DNA of 64,000 nucleotides from the NCBI GenBank assembly GCA_036172245.1, contig JAYWIR010000029.1, forward strand, positions 930,001 through 994,000. Reading direction: 5' to 3'. The stretch is from Raillietiella orientalis (taxonomy: Eukaryota). The position numbers were made by a program, and so were the translations under genes. Shown in pieces: positions 1 through 13,899 of this stretch. A model generated the notes under the pieces. The model saw nothing but the letters and a program-made list of their open reading frames with translations, ran no database searches and had not been told where the DNA came from. Numbering within the stretch: position 1 is the first letter of the stretch; the number at the start of each line of letters is the position of its first letter.

Positions 1-3000
1 AAACAGCAAAAATGCCCATGTCTGCAAGTTTTAAACAAAGTTTTTGGAACAGCAGCAAGGGTGTATAACATTTGTCACTCCAAATTTTCATTTGTATTTT
101 TTTTCCATACGTTTTGGTCATTTGATGTTAATGGTAGTCTTTGTAAAGGAACATCGTCGTAAATGACATACCCATATAATGACATAATGCATATTAAGTT
201 ATGTAATTTTTTTATAAGGTAAATTTCTTTGAATTTTTGAAAGGAAAAACCCCCTAAATGTGTAATTTCAAAGTTTGGTTAGAACTCGTGTTTTTTATCC
301 TTACAGTGATCTACCGAATCTAAAACTTGAGATCCTACTTTGTATTCGTAATGTAATGTATTCCCATGCATCCAGGGTCAATCTGGAACTATGAATCTCT
401 CGAATCGTTTTCTTAAATAGGCCGAAATAGAGTGTGTCATTGCGAAGATCAAATGCTCATTTATCATTGATGACAGGAAATCGGAAGAAAGTGGCTCTTT
501 ATTTTGGTAATTTTCACGCCATATCGTGTCTACATTCTTCTAAATTGGATCTGCCATCCGTGACACACACACACACACATTACATTTCTATAATCTTCGT
601 CTGCTGGCATGGAGTCAGTAATAAAATATTGGTATTAAACATTTCATGCTCTTTTATTGGTTCTGCACTTTTGACTGAAATGAAGAGTTTGACTTCGTGT
701 TGTAGGCCGCTGATATCTCGGAAGTTTCACACTTTTGCACTTTCTTTACAAAGTTGGTTGGCAGATGAGAACTGAAAAAACGTGCAGCAGCTCATTCCCA
801 TACAAAATGTACTCTGGTGAAAGAATATTTCTTGAAAAAGGATTTCCAAGGCATCTTTAGTTTTGAGTCATAAATAAATTGTGAGGGAAGTTTCTAGAGT
901 TTGACTAATGGTTTTTTGGAAGGAATTTGACACACGGTTTTTCGGAAGGCACAGTGTTTTTTAAACACCCATTAATGCCTTTACTAGGATTTCCCATGCA
1001 ATACAAATCGACACCTAAATGCTTAGGGATACGTGGACGAGGCCAAAGTGTGAGACAGCATCAATATCTGACCCGATATTTCCTCATTACAATTTTGTAG
1101 GAACGAAACTTAATCAGCTAAATAAAAAAAAAGAAAAAAGCTTATAGAAAAAAGGTAATTAAACTTAATCACCTTTTTTTTTTCCGTTGGCTTTCGAGGA
1201 ATTAAACGGCCTTGCCCGGATTTTTATATTCAAGCAGAACTAGTACGAATATGAATATAAATAATGCGTGATAAATTGTCATTCCAAATGTATTCGATAC
1301 AATTAAATAGTGTCAGCATCCTAACAAGCTGATGATAACCACAGCGAATTTTTGTACGCCTTAGAAACGCTGTGGATTTCGAATTGTGGATTGCTTGAAT
1401 CACATTCACGGCATCGCTGTTTACATCATGAAACTCAAATTTGAAAGTATTCTGTTTAATCGAAATTCTTCAAGGAGGTTTTTCTTCATCTTTTTTTTTT
1501 TTTTTTTTTTTTTTCCGATGATGACACTGAGTCTGTTCGCGAAAAGAATTTTCTCGGCCCCAGACATTTTAGCATTGATTCGTAAAGTTTTCACAAGGGA
1601 CAGGTATAAAAGATTCCTGAAATCTATTTTCCGACATGTTTTTGTGCTTATGCTTTTAGAATCAGCTCATAGGGCTAATAAATTATGGGTTCACTGAAAT
1701 TTTTTTCGGATATCTGTCCAGAAAAAAAAAAATTCAAAAGGTCAAGAAATTCAAAAAGCCAGATTTTCTTTCATTCAAGGTGACAACGTATAGCAAACAG
1801 ATTGTTTCTTGGATTCCTTTATCTCAAGATCCACATTCGTCTTTTTTTTTTATTTTGCATTTGTCCAGCCAGTCATCAGTCCACAATCTTTTTGATTCTC
1901 AGCTCATACGAATATTTAGATCATTTATTAAGATTTATGTTTATGTACAATTCTTTTTTTCTCGTTTATTTGCATGATCATAATGTACTGAATGCATACA
2001 TTCTTTTTTAATGAGCGATCACACACGTTTTTATGAGAATATCCTTATATTTTTTATGCAACTTTTAAAAATGAAGTTCACTAAATAGAATTCCATGTTC
2101 CTTGAAACAACGCTTCCTGCAGATCTTTTCCGGCAATTTTAGATTTTCATGTCACAGATGCTTTTCGCTAAAGTTTCTAGCATTTCTAGCATAACATTTT
2201 AATTTCCAAAGCCAGAAGCCCCCTGAATATTTAGAGTTATGATTGACTAATTGTTACCATTCATATTTAGAATTGTTTTTAATCATCCGGTCATACAGAG
2301 CATTGCAGGGAGCTCATATTTTTTTTCTAGAAAATAGGTCGAAATTATGGGTAGTTTGATGAACTGAATAACTTTTGCACCTTTTCTGCCGAGAGATTTT
2401 TGAGATTTTTATCCCCCATCTTCCATACCACTCTAACTAAAATTCTGTCCTAATTTCTTCTCATCGAATTGGTTACATTCATGAATCCTTGTTCACTTCT
2501 GTCGACTGTCATCCTTTGTTCCTGATTATCGTGATTCTTCTCATCACTGCAACTCATCTCCTCGGCATTCGTACATCTCTCTCAAATCATTGCCAAGCAT
2601 CTGCACGATGTTGCAAATAGGAAACAGTGCTCCCGCACTTTGAAATATCCATGCTATAAACTCTGCCGTTCTTCCATCCATCTAGTGAACAAATTAACTT
2701 TGCTATCTCCTAGTTACTTAAAAAATGATGCCGAGGCAAAGCACAGTTCCGTTTTGAAATAGATGTTTCCCTTTTTCACTTGTTCAGTACTTCCATAAAC
2801 TATATTTGTACCTTACCAAACCATCATTTTTCACCACGTTCTTAATAGTTGGCTGGAACGTTATGTTCCGGAGAAAATGGTCTCTGCCACGGATTGTTCT
2901 TTGCATGGAATAGGAAAACAAATGGCTGCGTGGACAACAAAAATTTATGCGGAATACTTTTTTATATAGGCAGTGGGATGTTTTTTTTTTTTTTGTTACA

Positions 3001-3745
3001 GGAAAAATTCTTGTACTTATTATTTATTGTTGGATTCACTCAGTCGTGTGAAAAGTCATTAATTTACTGCATCCATCTCCCGAAACGATGAATCGGGAGT
3101 CAAAAACTACATTTTCTTGGAGAGCGCACGAGTTTGAAGTCTTGATGCTGCAAATTTTGATAATACTTTCGTTATATTTTTGCGTTTGCCATTTGGCAAG
3201 CATACCAACATACATTTGTTTATATGTTCGTGTTCGCAAAAGTATATAGCACATTAACTGATTCTGGCATCGGCACTCATATGCATATTAACACATAAAC
3301 ATTAGCATTTCTATTCACGATCAGTACTTAACATCAGAATATCCATAAATACTATCCGTACACATAAATAGTATCCGTACGTCAGGAAGATGTTTTTGCT
3401 GTTTATTACACTATTTATTGTTGAGGTACTTAAATAGTCAAATACGTATTTGTTTGTGTACTTTGCACGCAGTTGTTTTTCACGCATTTGCCTTCATATT
3501 CACGTACTTGTGCCTGTGTGTACAAAGCTCTGTGTACGTTCTCTTGAGCCGTAACCTTATGGTGTACAATACTCCTGGAGGTGGTTTGCATTTTCGATGA
3601 AGATTACATATTTGAAAACTTGAAACATGGATGTTGTTATCTTCGCGCAGCTGTGTGAGTAGATGGTATAAACTCGGCATTTCCGTTGGTTGTCGCAACA
3701 TTTTGCTCAAATCAGTGGGAGTGACTGCAGACCATTCCATTTAAA

Positions 3746-4850
3746 CCCGGTTGCGCCGGGACGTTTATTTTTGCATATAAACTTATCTACACTGTGACTG
3801 GACCAGTAGTCCAGCCACGCCCTAGAAAGTATCAGCTTGCCGGGCTACCGGTGAGCAGACCGGCGCGGTCGACCTCGGCAGCAGAGGGGAGGGGGAACGA
3901 AACAAAAAGAAAACAAAAAAATAAACAAAACTGGGGAGGGAGCGGGAAGGGATCACTGTCTGCTGGGAGGGTCCGTCATCCTCTGGAGGCTGCCAGCAAG
4001 CTGTTGCTGAATGGTGGATGTCAGATGGGGACATCGCGTCGCCATCCTCAGGAAGCGGGCGGCGTACACGGTGGCATCCCTGTCGCTGGATCCTCCCGTC
4101 ACTTTACTCCATGCCACGACGATCCCCATCAAAGCGTCTCTGGGGTTGCCTCCGGGGATACCCAGGGCCGTGGCAAAGCGTTCCCACAAGGGACGGAGGG
4201 CAACACAATCCACTAACAGGTGGGGGAGGTATTCCCTCTCCCCGCACCTGACACAATTGGGGTTGACACCCCCCCGCGTCCAATGGTGTCGGCGGGGTTG
4301 CAAGGAAGGCCCCAATGCAACACCAGCAGTGTGGGTGGGCTATTGCCACTTCATGGGGAGGGTGCGCGAGTCCATGAGCACCGGGGGCCACTCGAGATGT
4401 TCCTCTGGAACATCCAGTAGCTCGCCCCAGAGCAAGAGTCCGTGTGGGTGGTACTCGGGGTCGCAGCGTTGGTCAGCTGGCCCGTTCTCCATTCCCCGAT
4501 CTTTCGCTCCGTGCCGGAGATTTTCACGGTAACCTCCCATTCTGCCGCGGTGTTGCTGCCTAGATGTTCCCGGAGGGTAGGTGGTACCGCAGCCAGGGAG
4601 GTTCTTCCTGCCCACGCTCTTCCTCGGGGATCTTCGATGATTCCTCGGAGTGTGCGGTGGGCGCGCCGCCCGAACAGAGCTATTCGCTCGCGTTGCGGGC
4701 TCTGCTCCTGAGTCATCGCCCACATCCGAAGGGTTTCCTGCAGCCAGGCAGTACCGTTCGCGGGGTGCAGACCATTCCAGGATGAGGAAGCGTTCCCCAA
4801 TCTGATTCTTCCGAGATATCGTAACATTCGGGAATTGTTCAGAGCGGCAT
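3746..4850 (-). mobile_element. 5'-truncated non-LTR retrotransposon (L1/Tx1-like) ORF2 C-terminus and 3' UTR, frameshifted
   Basis: GC-rich block in AT-rich flanks. Minus-strand ORF pieces (4351-4827, 4340-4723, 3953-4315) end in a zf-RVT-like motif CVRCGEREYLPHLLVDC..LW. The stop at 3953 is followed by a T-rich 3' UTR and AATAAA (3764-3769). Confidence 0.7.
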
Positions 4851-4855
4851 AATTA

Positions 4856-5734
4856 CGAGGCTCATCTCAAAAGTGTGGACATTTCAAAAGTTAGGGCGAA
4901 TCGGATACAAGGAAAGAACGAATAAGAGAAACAAAAATGAATTGGTGGTTCGAAACGCATGCAGCCCCGTGTCGTTTTCCTACATGGTCACCATTTTTTT
5001 CCAAACACTTTCAATACCGTGGAAGAAGCTTTTCGAAACCCTCTGCATATAATTCTGCTGCCTGGGAGTTCAGTCAGTTCAGCATCAGTGCAGCTTCCAA
5101 CTCCTCACTTTCCCCCTCGATCGTTGAGCCACTTCTTGAGGTGCCGGAAAACGTCGTGAGCCAGAACGACGCGGAAGACGTGTGTGGGACCACAAGGTTG
5201 TGCTTTTGGTGGACTTTGTGGAGCCTGGAACGACCACCACTTCGCAAGGCCACTGTGAAACGCTTTCAAAACTGCGGTGCGCCATTCAGAACCGACGGCG
5301 TCGAATGCTGAGATCGGGAATTGTTCTTCTCCTTCACGAAAACGCGCGCCTGGCAACACATGCTGCCCGCACGTTCCAGACAATTCGGAAATTCAAATGG
5401 GAACTTTTCTGACCACCCACCTTACAGTTCTGACCTCACGCTCACTGACTACCACGTCTTCTTTCCTGCACCTCAGGAAGTGGCTCAACGCGCGAGGGGG
5501 AAAGGGAGGAGTTGGAAGCTGCACCGATGCTGAACTGACTGAACTCCCAGGAGCAGGAATGTTACGCAGAGGGTTTGGAAAAGCTTCTTCCACGGGATCA
5601 GAAGAGTTTGGAAAAGAATGGTGACTGCGTCGAAAAACGACATGGGGATGTATGTGTTGCGAACCACCTAATGCATTTTTGTTTCTCTTATTTGTTCTTT
5701 CTTTTCATCCGATCCGCTTTTGAAATGAGTCTCG
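4856..5734 (+). mobile_element. Non-autonomous mariner element (MITE-like) with degenerate transposase C-terminus
   Basis: TA duplications at 4854-4855 and 5735-5736. Terminal inverted repeats CGAGGCTCATCTCAAAAG / CTTTTGAAATGAGTCTCG. Transposase motifs WDHKVVLLVDF, LLHENAR, HPPYSSDLTLTDYH and LEKNGDCVEK are spread over frameshifted frames. Confidence 0.9.
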
Positions 5735-8700
5735 TAAGTAGGAACGGTGAGTTCTTTAAAAGGTCTCATCGTTCCTATGATCTCAGAATTCATTTCTTTC
5801 CCTTTGCTTGTTCTTCCTTCCTTTTTGTGTAATACCAAAAAAAGTGATTACAAAAGAAAAGAAAGGGAAGGAAGAACAAGATGAATCAAAATGAATTCTG
5901 AAAGAAATGTGACTTATGGAAGATGAAAGCAGGTAGGTTATCAGGGTCATTAGGTCGCAAGAGCCAAAATCCACTCTAATAAACTGAACAGACTTGCAAG
6001 AGAATTGTTGTGTTCATCTGAAGTCTACTAGCAGTGCGACCCGGCAGGTCACTTGCGGCCTCTTGCTACAAGATTGCCCGCCGCTGGGATTGAGGAGTAC
6101 CCAGTCTCCCAGAATAGGACTGATCCATCATCTAAGCAAGCCCGATCAAGACGGATGACGAAAATAACGAATAATTGAAGGCGAGGATGAGAATATTTGA
6201 TCATGCTGTGGTGTAAACTTGATTGACTTGTCGGTGCAGTGCATATTTGTAATAATATTGATAAATTTGAAATGACACGCTCACTCAGTACAGATCGTAA
6301 TACCTCTCTTTATGGGAAGCATTGCACCCCCAAAAAATCCTAACCAAAAAATTATGCATGCACTTAAACGTATGTATATTCCTATACAAGCAAACATTTA
6401 CAAATACACAGATATACACAGATATATTTGTACATGACTGAATTCAGGTTTACGATAGCAATTCGTTTCGTTTATTTAAGCTTTCTCAAGTGATTCATCT
6501 AAAAAATCATTAGAATGAATATCTCCGAGTATCTTGTTATTTATGGGCTGGCAACATGTAATCATATCTGTGAGTAGGTCTATTTGAAAGCATTCGTGTG
6601 GGGCAGATACAAAATATGAAATTCTAATGGTGCATTGCAATTCTAAATTTTTTTTTTCGGGTATTACTCTTCTGAATTTCGTATAGGAAAGTTCCCGTAA
6701 CCAGAAAAATGTTTGCTGCCACTTTTGGAGAATCTACCAGAAGTTCTAAAAAGATTACAGGGACATGAACTTGAAAGCTTGCATAGTTACTAATTAATAA
6801 GCATGAAGTAAGGGATTGAAGTTGGCTGCCTGACACATTTCGTAATTGTCAATATTGCTAATGATATTAGCGTACAAAGTGCATCAATCTGCAATTCTTG
6901 TAACAGAAAAATTGCCCACCCGATGGCAGCCTCCGTTGAGGACTGTCAGCGTAAGTACCGAACGCCATTACTTGATGAAGAGTTTCATTCTCAAAGACCT
7001 AATCTCAAAGACACTAGTCAAAGCCGGCAATCGACTTAAAACCCCAATGAAATAAGCGGCGGTCCAAGATTTTGAAAAGGCGATGTGAATATCTGGAAAC
7101 CTGGACACTGAGAGTGAAAAGGCGTCAATGGAGAATGCTATCCATACGTTGGCAAGACGGCCGATGATATGTCACATACTGTGCAATAGACACAAAGAAT
7201 GATTAAGATCGTACATGACATCTCGTAAAAGTCTCGAAAAACGTTTTTCGCATCCCCAGAAGAGCAAATGTTCTCATACTGGAACGTTGTGCGAGAATCC
7301 GGGCACCTTAGAACACTTTTGCATTTCTCGTTTTAGTTGCAATCACATGACAGAACTACAGGACGTTTCTAAGATTAATAAGGAACAGTGTAGATAAGTT
7401 TACACTGGAAGGAAACTGGAACGAACTGGAGACTTCAGAAACATGCTCTGATGGAAGGCATTGAGGATCTGAAACTTGCACATTGCACAGAATAGCACCA
7501 TTTTGAATCGTCCTTGAGGAATTGACCTGAAAATCCCAAATGAAACTGAGCAAAGAGATGAGAAGGATATTTTACCAGATCATGACACAGGGAAGACAGA
7601 TAAAGCTCCAAGCTTGGATGACTGCAACAAGAGGTTATCCCGGTTCCAGAAAACACCTTGCTGGGATTTCACAAGCCAACCAACATGGAAGGATATGGGT
7701 AATGGATAATTTCGTCTGAAGTCCGTTCCTTCGAAGTTCGGTATCCTGGAATGTAGGGTGATTTGCTGCTGCTGTTTGCTTTGCTTCCTTGACTGGCAAA
7801 TACCAGTTCTCAGAAGAACTCGGATGACATTGCGGAAGTATCACGTCTTGTTGCTGTTCGAGAATTTAAGCATTCACTTGATTCCACATCGGCCAATGCA
7901 TGGGGCGTGACTGTGCAACATATCCTCAAAAGGAGAGCATAGATTAAAGGCACGAGGCTCAGCAGTCCTCGACCGATTCACTAATCGTCACCTCCGGTAC
8001 AACTGTATTATCAACGTATCTGTTGAACTGGTCGAGAACGTCAGGAAGAGCACTTTATTTATTTCCTTGTCTTCCTTCTACCTAGGAATGACGTTCTGGA
8101 CTCCAAGAGAAAACTTCCTGAAATCGGATGCATAAGGAGATAGGTGCGTTGCCTTTCTAGGGAAGGGGCTGCTTCAGATACCTAGTGTTCACTCACGAAT
8201 GAAATGAACGGACTCACCGTCTCCAAGGCCTCAGTGGCCGCTTTCTACAGAAAGGAAAAGACCCTACTCAAATGCATAAATTTTTTCTCACTCTAACACC
8301 AGAAAGCTGGAAGCGGAAGTGATGCATGTCTGCCTAGGTCTGAAGGCGATTTTTTCCTTGTGAGTCACTTTTGATACAGACTGTGGTCAAACGCTGCCGA
8401 CTCGATAAAATTTCGTAACTAAGTAGGCGGCCGCAGCTGCAAGCAAGGCGGCCTATCTCTCTCGAGACAAAGTGGATGCAGACAGAGCGATGGCTGGAGT
8501 CTCAGAGGACGCTCGCCCTTGAGCGGCTTCTCGATGACATGGGTGCTAGTCCGAAAATGCACCATACGTTCGTTGGCGTCATTGGGAACATGTGGTAATT
8601 CTCACTCAGAATAAAAGTTGCCATCTTTATTATAGGGATGGCATTTTCTTGAAGAACAAACACGTCTCACCTAAGCAAGCACCTGCTGCGTGAGTTTGGA

Positions 8701-9819
8701 CCTACCTGAATGGGAGGCTGCTGCGATAGAAGAAGGGTTGCCAACTGGTGATGCAGATGATCAAAACGCTCCATTTCTCTTTAACCATGATATTCGCAGC
8801 GCTGCAGGAAATCCCCACTGCCTCTCAGTGGTTTTGTGAAAGAGATTTTCAAGATCTCAAGGCAGTAACAGCGCGAAAATGTAATGTTGAGAACTTCTTC
8901 AGAACGATCTTTTGCATCTTCTGGATGATTTCCAACATGCAGTCGGCACTTTCTCAAGAGTTCATAGATCCATGTGAGGTCTTGCCTGATGGGGAGAGCT
9001 TCTTTGGTTTCGCACTCTCTTTGGCCTATCATCAGGACAGGCTCGGCTCGTGCGCGATGCCGCCACGAGAAAAATAAACAGAGCTCCCGTTAAGGGTTGC
9101 CAAGGAAAAACTCATCGATCGATATTTTTTTTCTTACCTGATCTCTGATTTCCGTGGCTATGAACGGCACTCTCAAGTTTTCTCACCTCCGACCCTTGTC
9201 AAGATCATACCACGGCCATCCTAAGGTGCGGGGAATGATAAAGTATCGATGACGAGCAGCAAGGCTCAACCCCACACTCACCTTGCTGTTGTCTTTCGTT
9301 CTCACGTGGAAAACAAGCAGCGATCCAAGGAAACTGGTAAAATCTTTGGTCAGAGACGAGGCGGCACCAGGTTGAAGATGAGGGTGGTGTTCCTGAAGAC
9401 CTGGATAGAATCATGTCTGAAGCTGGTCCTTAAGCTGTCTCAAGAATTTAGGACAGGTAAAGGTTTTTCTTTTTGTGTTCAATCGAGCAGAGTCTTCTTC
9501 GTGAGAAAAGATCAATCTTAGATGAGATGATGTCGGGATCCAGTTCAGTGCAACCGGTTCAGATGCTCGTTTGTCCTGTTCTTCTCCAGAGAGCAGAGTT
9601 GGTTTTTTAGACGTGTCTCCTTTATGGATTCAGTGCTGGACTTACTAGCTGAGTCTGTTCTTCCATAGGATTGATCTCTCCAAGAGAATGAGAATGACTT
9701 CAACTGGAACAATCTGCGAGCAAGAGTTTTCTGCGGCATTCTTTTAGGAATCCATTTCTGTAAGCCCAGAGGAGACCGACAGGAGCACGCGTTCCATTAT
9801 GTTTTCGTGTCTTAAGAAG

Positions 9820-9960
9820 GGATTCGAAGAGGACCTGGAAACGATCCGCTCGTGGGATTTCTTCTCTGGAAGGAATTATCCAGGGAACCGCTCCTTGTTG
9901 GTACTCCTCTGAAGAGAACCCCGAAGGGTGCTGCCCAAAGGGAGCAGCGAGCTCCTTGCA
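9820..9960 (-). mobile_element. Internal fragment of the tRNA-headed SINE family (copy E)
   Basis: Reverse complement matches CCCTTCGGGGTTCTCTTCAGAG...GGTTCCCT...TTCCTTCC..AGCGGATC of the copies at about 22360-22450 and 32270-32370. Confidence 0.65.
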
Positions 9961-12511
9961 CCCATGCAAGAAGGTCATCTGACCACGTTTGCGGCATTTA
10001 TACCATTGACCAATCATCGGAGACCCTCGCTCAACCAATCATTGTAGATGTACCAATGGGATACAAGGCAGACTGCGGCATGCTCTTCTCTTCGGGGAAA
10101 GGGCTGTTGAAACATCAGATCTGTCATGACCGCGTTGAAGCCAAGGGCAAAGTCCATGTCACTAGACAGAATCGGCGCACCACGGAAGAAATATACTGGC
10201 TCGTCTGAAAGTCGCAACGGAAACTTCGGAAATCTGGATGGAATAGGAGAACTGTTGGTGCTCCAACCCACAAAAGACGGCGGATTCCAGACGCGGAAAG
10301 TGCAGGTGCCTTGGCGGTGCACCACGGACTTACGGCGTCGGCGGCATGGAAGCGGGAGACTGGCTTTGGGAAGAAGAATCCCTTCTCCCTCCCCTTCTTC
10401 TAGAAGTCGCCGTGGCGAGCTACCCAATGGCATCGAGAACGAGAAGAGATCCACCGTGGCGCAATAGCGCTGTTATTCTGCCTCCTCCTCCTCCGAAAGA
10501 TTAGGAATTCTTCTGCGCGTTGAATAGGTTGCAGGGACGGCCCCTAGGTCCCCTCAGTTTCTGCAAATGGAAAGGCTGGATCTCTGCGAGTCCTTCCCTT
10601 TTCCCGTTCTCATCCCCCCACCTGCTGAGGTACTTCACTTTCAAGGGGAAGAGAGCAAGAGGCTGGTCATGGACCCCAAGGATTAGGGGGATGGACGACC
10701 TCCTCTCCTCTGAAGATTTCTCTAGAAGAGCCTGTTCCCGAAGGTCAGCCGGCAGTTTCGCCTGAAGAATGTCTCCCTCCGGAAGATGGTCGCTCGAAGA
10801 AGGTCCAATGGAACGCCTCCGGCTCTTCGTCGAGCGGTTTCCTTGCCGTCCCTTTCGACTCTTCGCAGTCCCTCTGATCGCTCGGCCGACCAGAGTGATG
10901 CCTGCCCACCTTCCCGCTTCTTTCCGAGAGAAGCTGCTCTCAGCCAGGCTCTCTCCCAGATTTTTGCACTCCGTACTTCTGTTTTCTCTTTCCTCCTTCC
11001 AGGGCCGCCGTGCAGCCTTTCCTTCGCGCACGCGCGCCTCCGCCGACGCGCGGCGCTCGCGGAGTTCGCTTCCCCCGTCGGGAAGCGCTCAGAGAGGCGG
11101 CGCGGAGCGAGCATCACGTCTCCAGAGGAGCCAGTCCCGCCCTAATTGCGACCGGGAACGGAGGGAAGATTCCGGCCCTCCCCCCTCCTTCTCTTGCGGA
11201 AAACGAAAGTTCGCCTCTCCTGCTCCTCCCGGAATGAAGATAAATACAGTCTGGACAAGCGCGGGTGATTAATGCGGGCGAGGCAGGCGCCAACCGCGGA
11301 ATGTCTACGAGGAGCGAGAAAAAAAAAAAAAAAAAAGAAGGGGGAAAAGCAGAGGAGCGGGGGGGGGGGGAGAAAGAGAGAGAGAGAGAGAGAAGGCTGT
11401 CGCGAATGGTGCGGCGGCAGGGTTGCGCGCTCCCGGGAGGCGACGTGGCAGCGCGGAGCCTCGCGCGCCATATTTCTTCGGCGCCTGGGCCCTCTCGACG
11501 TTCAATTAACTTGCGGTAAACAGGTCAATCCGGGACGTAAGGCGACGCTGTCCGGGTCACAGGTTACGCAACGCGTCGCTTCTTTTTTTTTTTCTTTCCT
11601 CTTCTCCCCCTCCGTCTTTTCCTCTTCCCCTTTCCTGGATGAGTTCCCGCGCAAGAGACCTGAAGGGGAAGCTTAATTACGCCAACTTGCTCTGCTACCC
11701 GTGATTTATGGGGTCTGGAACGGTCGTCTCCCGTTTCCAAGGTAATTGGCATGTGAAAATGGATGGAAGCGGTTACAGAAGATAACAAGAGCTAAATCAC
11801 TCGGAAGCTGCTTGTCTCCGCCGGAGCGAGTCCTCCCCGTCCCGGAGGATACTGAAAGATGGAAGGCAAGAAGTGCGAAGAACACTTCCCGTGCGCTCCC
11901 GAAGCCGCTCCCGCGCGCACGAGCCCCGCGCGGGCCGGGCAAGGCCCGCACCACCCCACCAGCCTCTGCCGCTGGTGACGAGACGCACGGGGGGGAGGTC
12001 TCTGTCCTGCAGGAGCACCAATCCGAGGACGCCCCTGGGCGCGCGTGCAGACAGCCCCACTGATGCCTTTAATGAGACGCGGGATACTTCCGCAGCGGTG
12101 AGAAGCGACCCTCCCTCCCTCCCCTATGAACCCTGTGGGAGTCCCAGTGGGAGTTTCCCCATCCGAGAAGAGCCGCTCCTCCTCCCTCTACCCTTCCTCT
12201 TCCGGGTAGCCGGCGTGACGCGCGGACGAGAAGGCATGACCTCCGGAGGGAGAGTGCAGCTCAGAGAGATCTTTTTTCTTTTTCTCTTCTCGGAAGGAGA
12301 AGAGGGAGAGGAGAGGAAGACTGTGACCGCCATCTTCAGGGAGCCTCCTCCCCTGCCTCCTAACGGTCACCTTGTTAACGGGCACCGCCGCTGCAGGAGG
12401 GATACCGGAGCCCTGCAAGGACAAGTCTTGAGGTCATCCTAGTGAGATTGTGTCGTTTTTTTCATTTTGACCTCTCCCTCCCACTTCGCCTTCTCCTTCC
12501 GAATCCTGTTC

Positions 12512-13000
12512 CTCCTCTTCCCGCATCCCTCTTATGGGAAGGCGCAAGGTGCGTCCCGAAAGTTTCAGAGTACTTCCAGTACGTTCCTGACCACCTGGGG
12601 ATCTTGGAGAGGGGAAGTCCGTCGCCGAGAGTCGCGAGGGAATCAAGCGAGGCTCATCCCGAGGGCGCAGCCGGGCTTGCGGGAGAAGGGTAGACGACTC
12701 TCCTCCCTCCCAGTCTAGCTCGGCTCCACCTCATACCCCGGCAGTTCCGGTCGCGCGGCGGGGACCCCTAGAGACTCGGAAGAGAGGGGAGGAGTCTGTT
12801 GGCTCCTCGGCAGAGGGAGCGCATCCACCCTCTCCTCTTCCAAGCCAACCTCGAAATCACGGAACCGGGAACGCTCCCCCGCTCCCATTCCCCGAGGAGG
12901 AAGAGTGTTCCGGGAAAGGACCTAGTGCGTCGGTGTCGGCGCTCCCATAGTTTTCTCCCTTCTCGGGCTCCTCGCATACCCTGAGACGGCAGGGGCCGTA
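12512..13000 (-). mobile_element. Degenerate CR1/L2-like LINE 3' end (left member of an inverted pair)
   Basis: 12512-12865 is the reverse complement of about 14105-14460. Translation resembles the CR1/L2 ORF2 C-terminal tail. Confidence 0.45.
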
Positions 13001-13899
13001 ATGGCCCGTCTCCCTCTGAAATGGCTGTTCCCTGGAGCGACCACGCCTGCCCGCAGGCTAGAGGCGGTAACGGTGGTCTCTTTCACCTTGGAAGAGGGGA
13101 AGCAGGGAAATCTGGGACGAATTTCGTGTGCTCCCTCGGGATCCCTTCCTCCCCTTTGCTGTTCTCCACTTCGGGAGGCGCCACCCGAAGCTCCGTTCTA
13201 GCTGCACCCTGTCTAGGATTCCCCCCTTTCCCGCTTTTCTAATGTGATCCTTGCGCAAATCTGAGCTCAGAACTATCGTACGTTCCCGCGCCTTTTGTCC
13301 AGGAACTGAGGAGGGGAAGGGAAGGAATCTGGACCAAGCGCGATATAAGGAGAGGTCACCCGCGGCTTTCCGGGTCGCTCCGGCGCCGAGGCGGCCGGGC
13401 GAGCCGCCCGCCATCCGCCTCGTCCCCGCGAGGGAATTCCCGGAATTCGAACCACATGGAAAACTCCCGACGGGAACGACGGCGCCTTGGAGTCCGGGAA
13501 GCAGCGCAGCACACGAGGACGGGGGGAGCTGCTGCGGAGTGTCGGGAGCAGGTGACGTCCCTGACCCTTTCGGTGGGGGTCTCTGGCAAGCGTGGGGACG
13601 CTAATGAAGCTCCGTCTCCCTGGTGACTTCTTCGCTCCTTTCGAGCCGTTCCATCTGCCCCCCCGCCCTTCCTTCCGTTTCCCCTTCCTCTCGGGAAGGA
13701 GATGAGAAGGAGGACCTCCGGACTCTATCGCAGGTATCTGCGAACCCTGAAGGATTCCTGAATATCCCGTATATTCCCGACGATCAGACCCTCTGAGTCC
13801 CCAGTTCTTCCCTTCGCCCACCTTGTCCAGAGGAGACCTTATCTTTGCAGACGGGCGCTTCCTTCCCTCTTCCGAGATCCGCCAGGGCTGCTCCCCGAA

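Noticed and set aside
7080..7480. Possible Penelope-type GIY-YIG remnant (ECYPYVGKT..)
   Set aside because: Only one short motif, and the downstream residues are too eroded to support a call without an HMM search.
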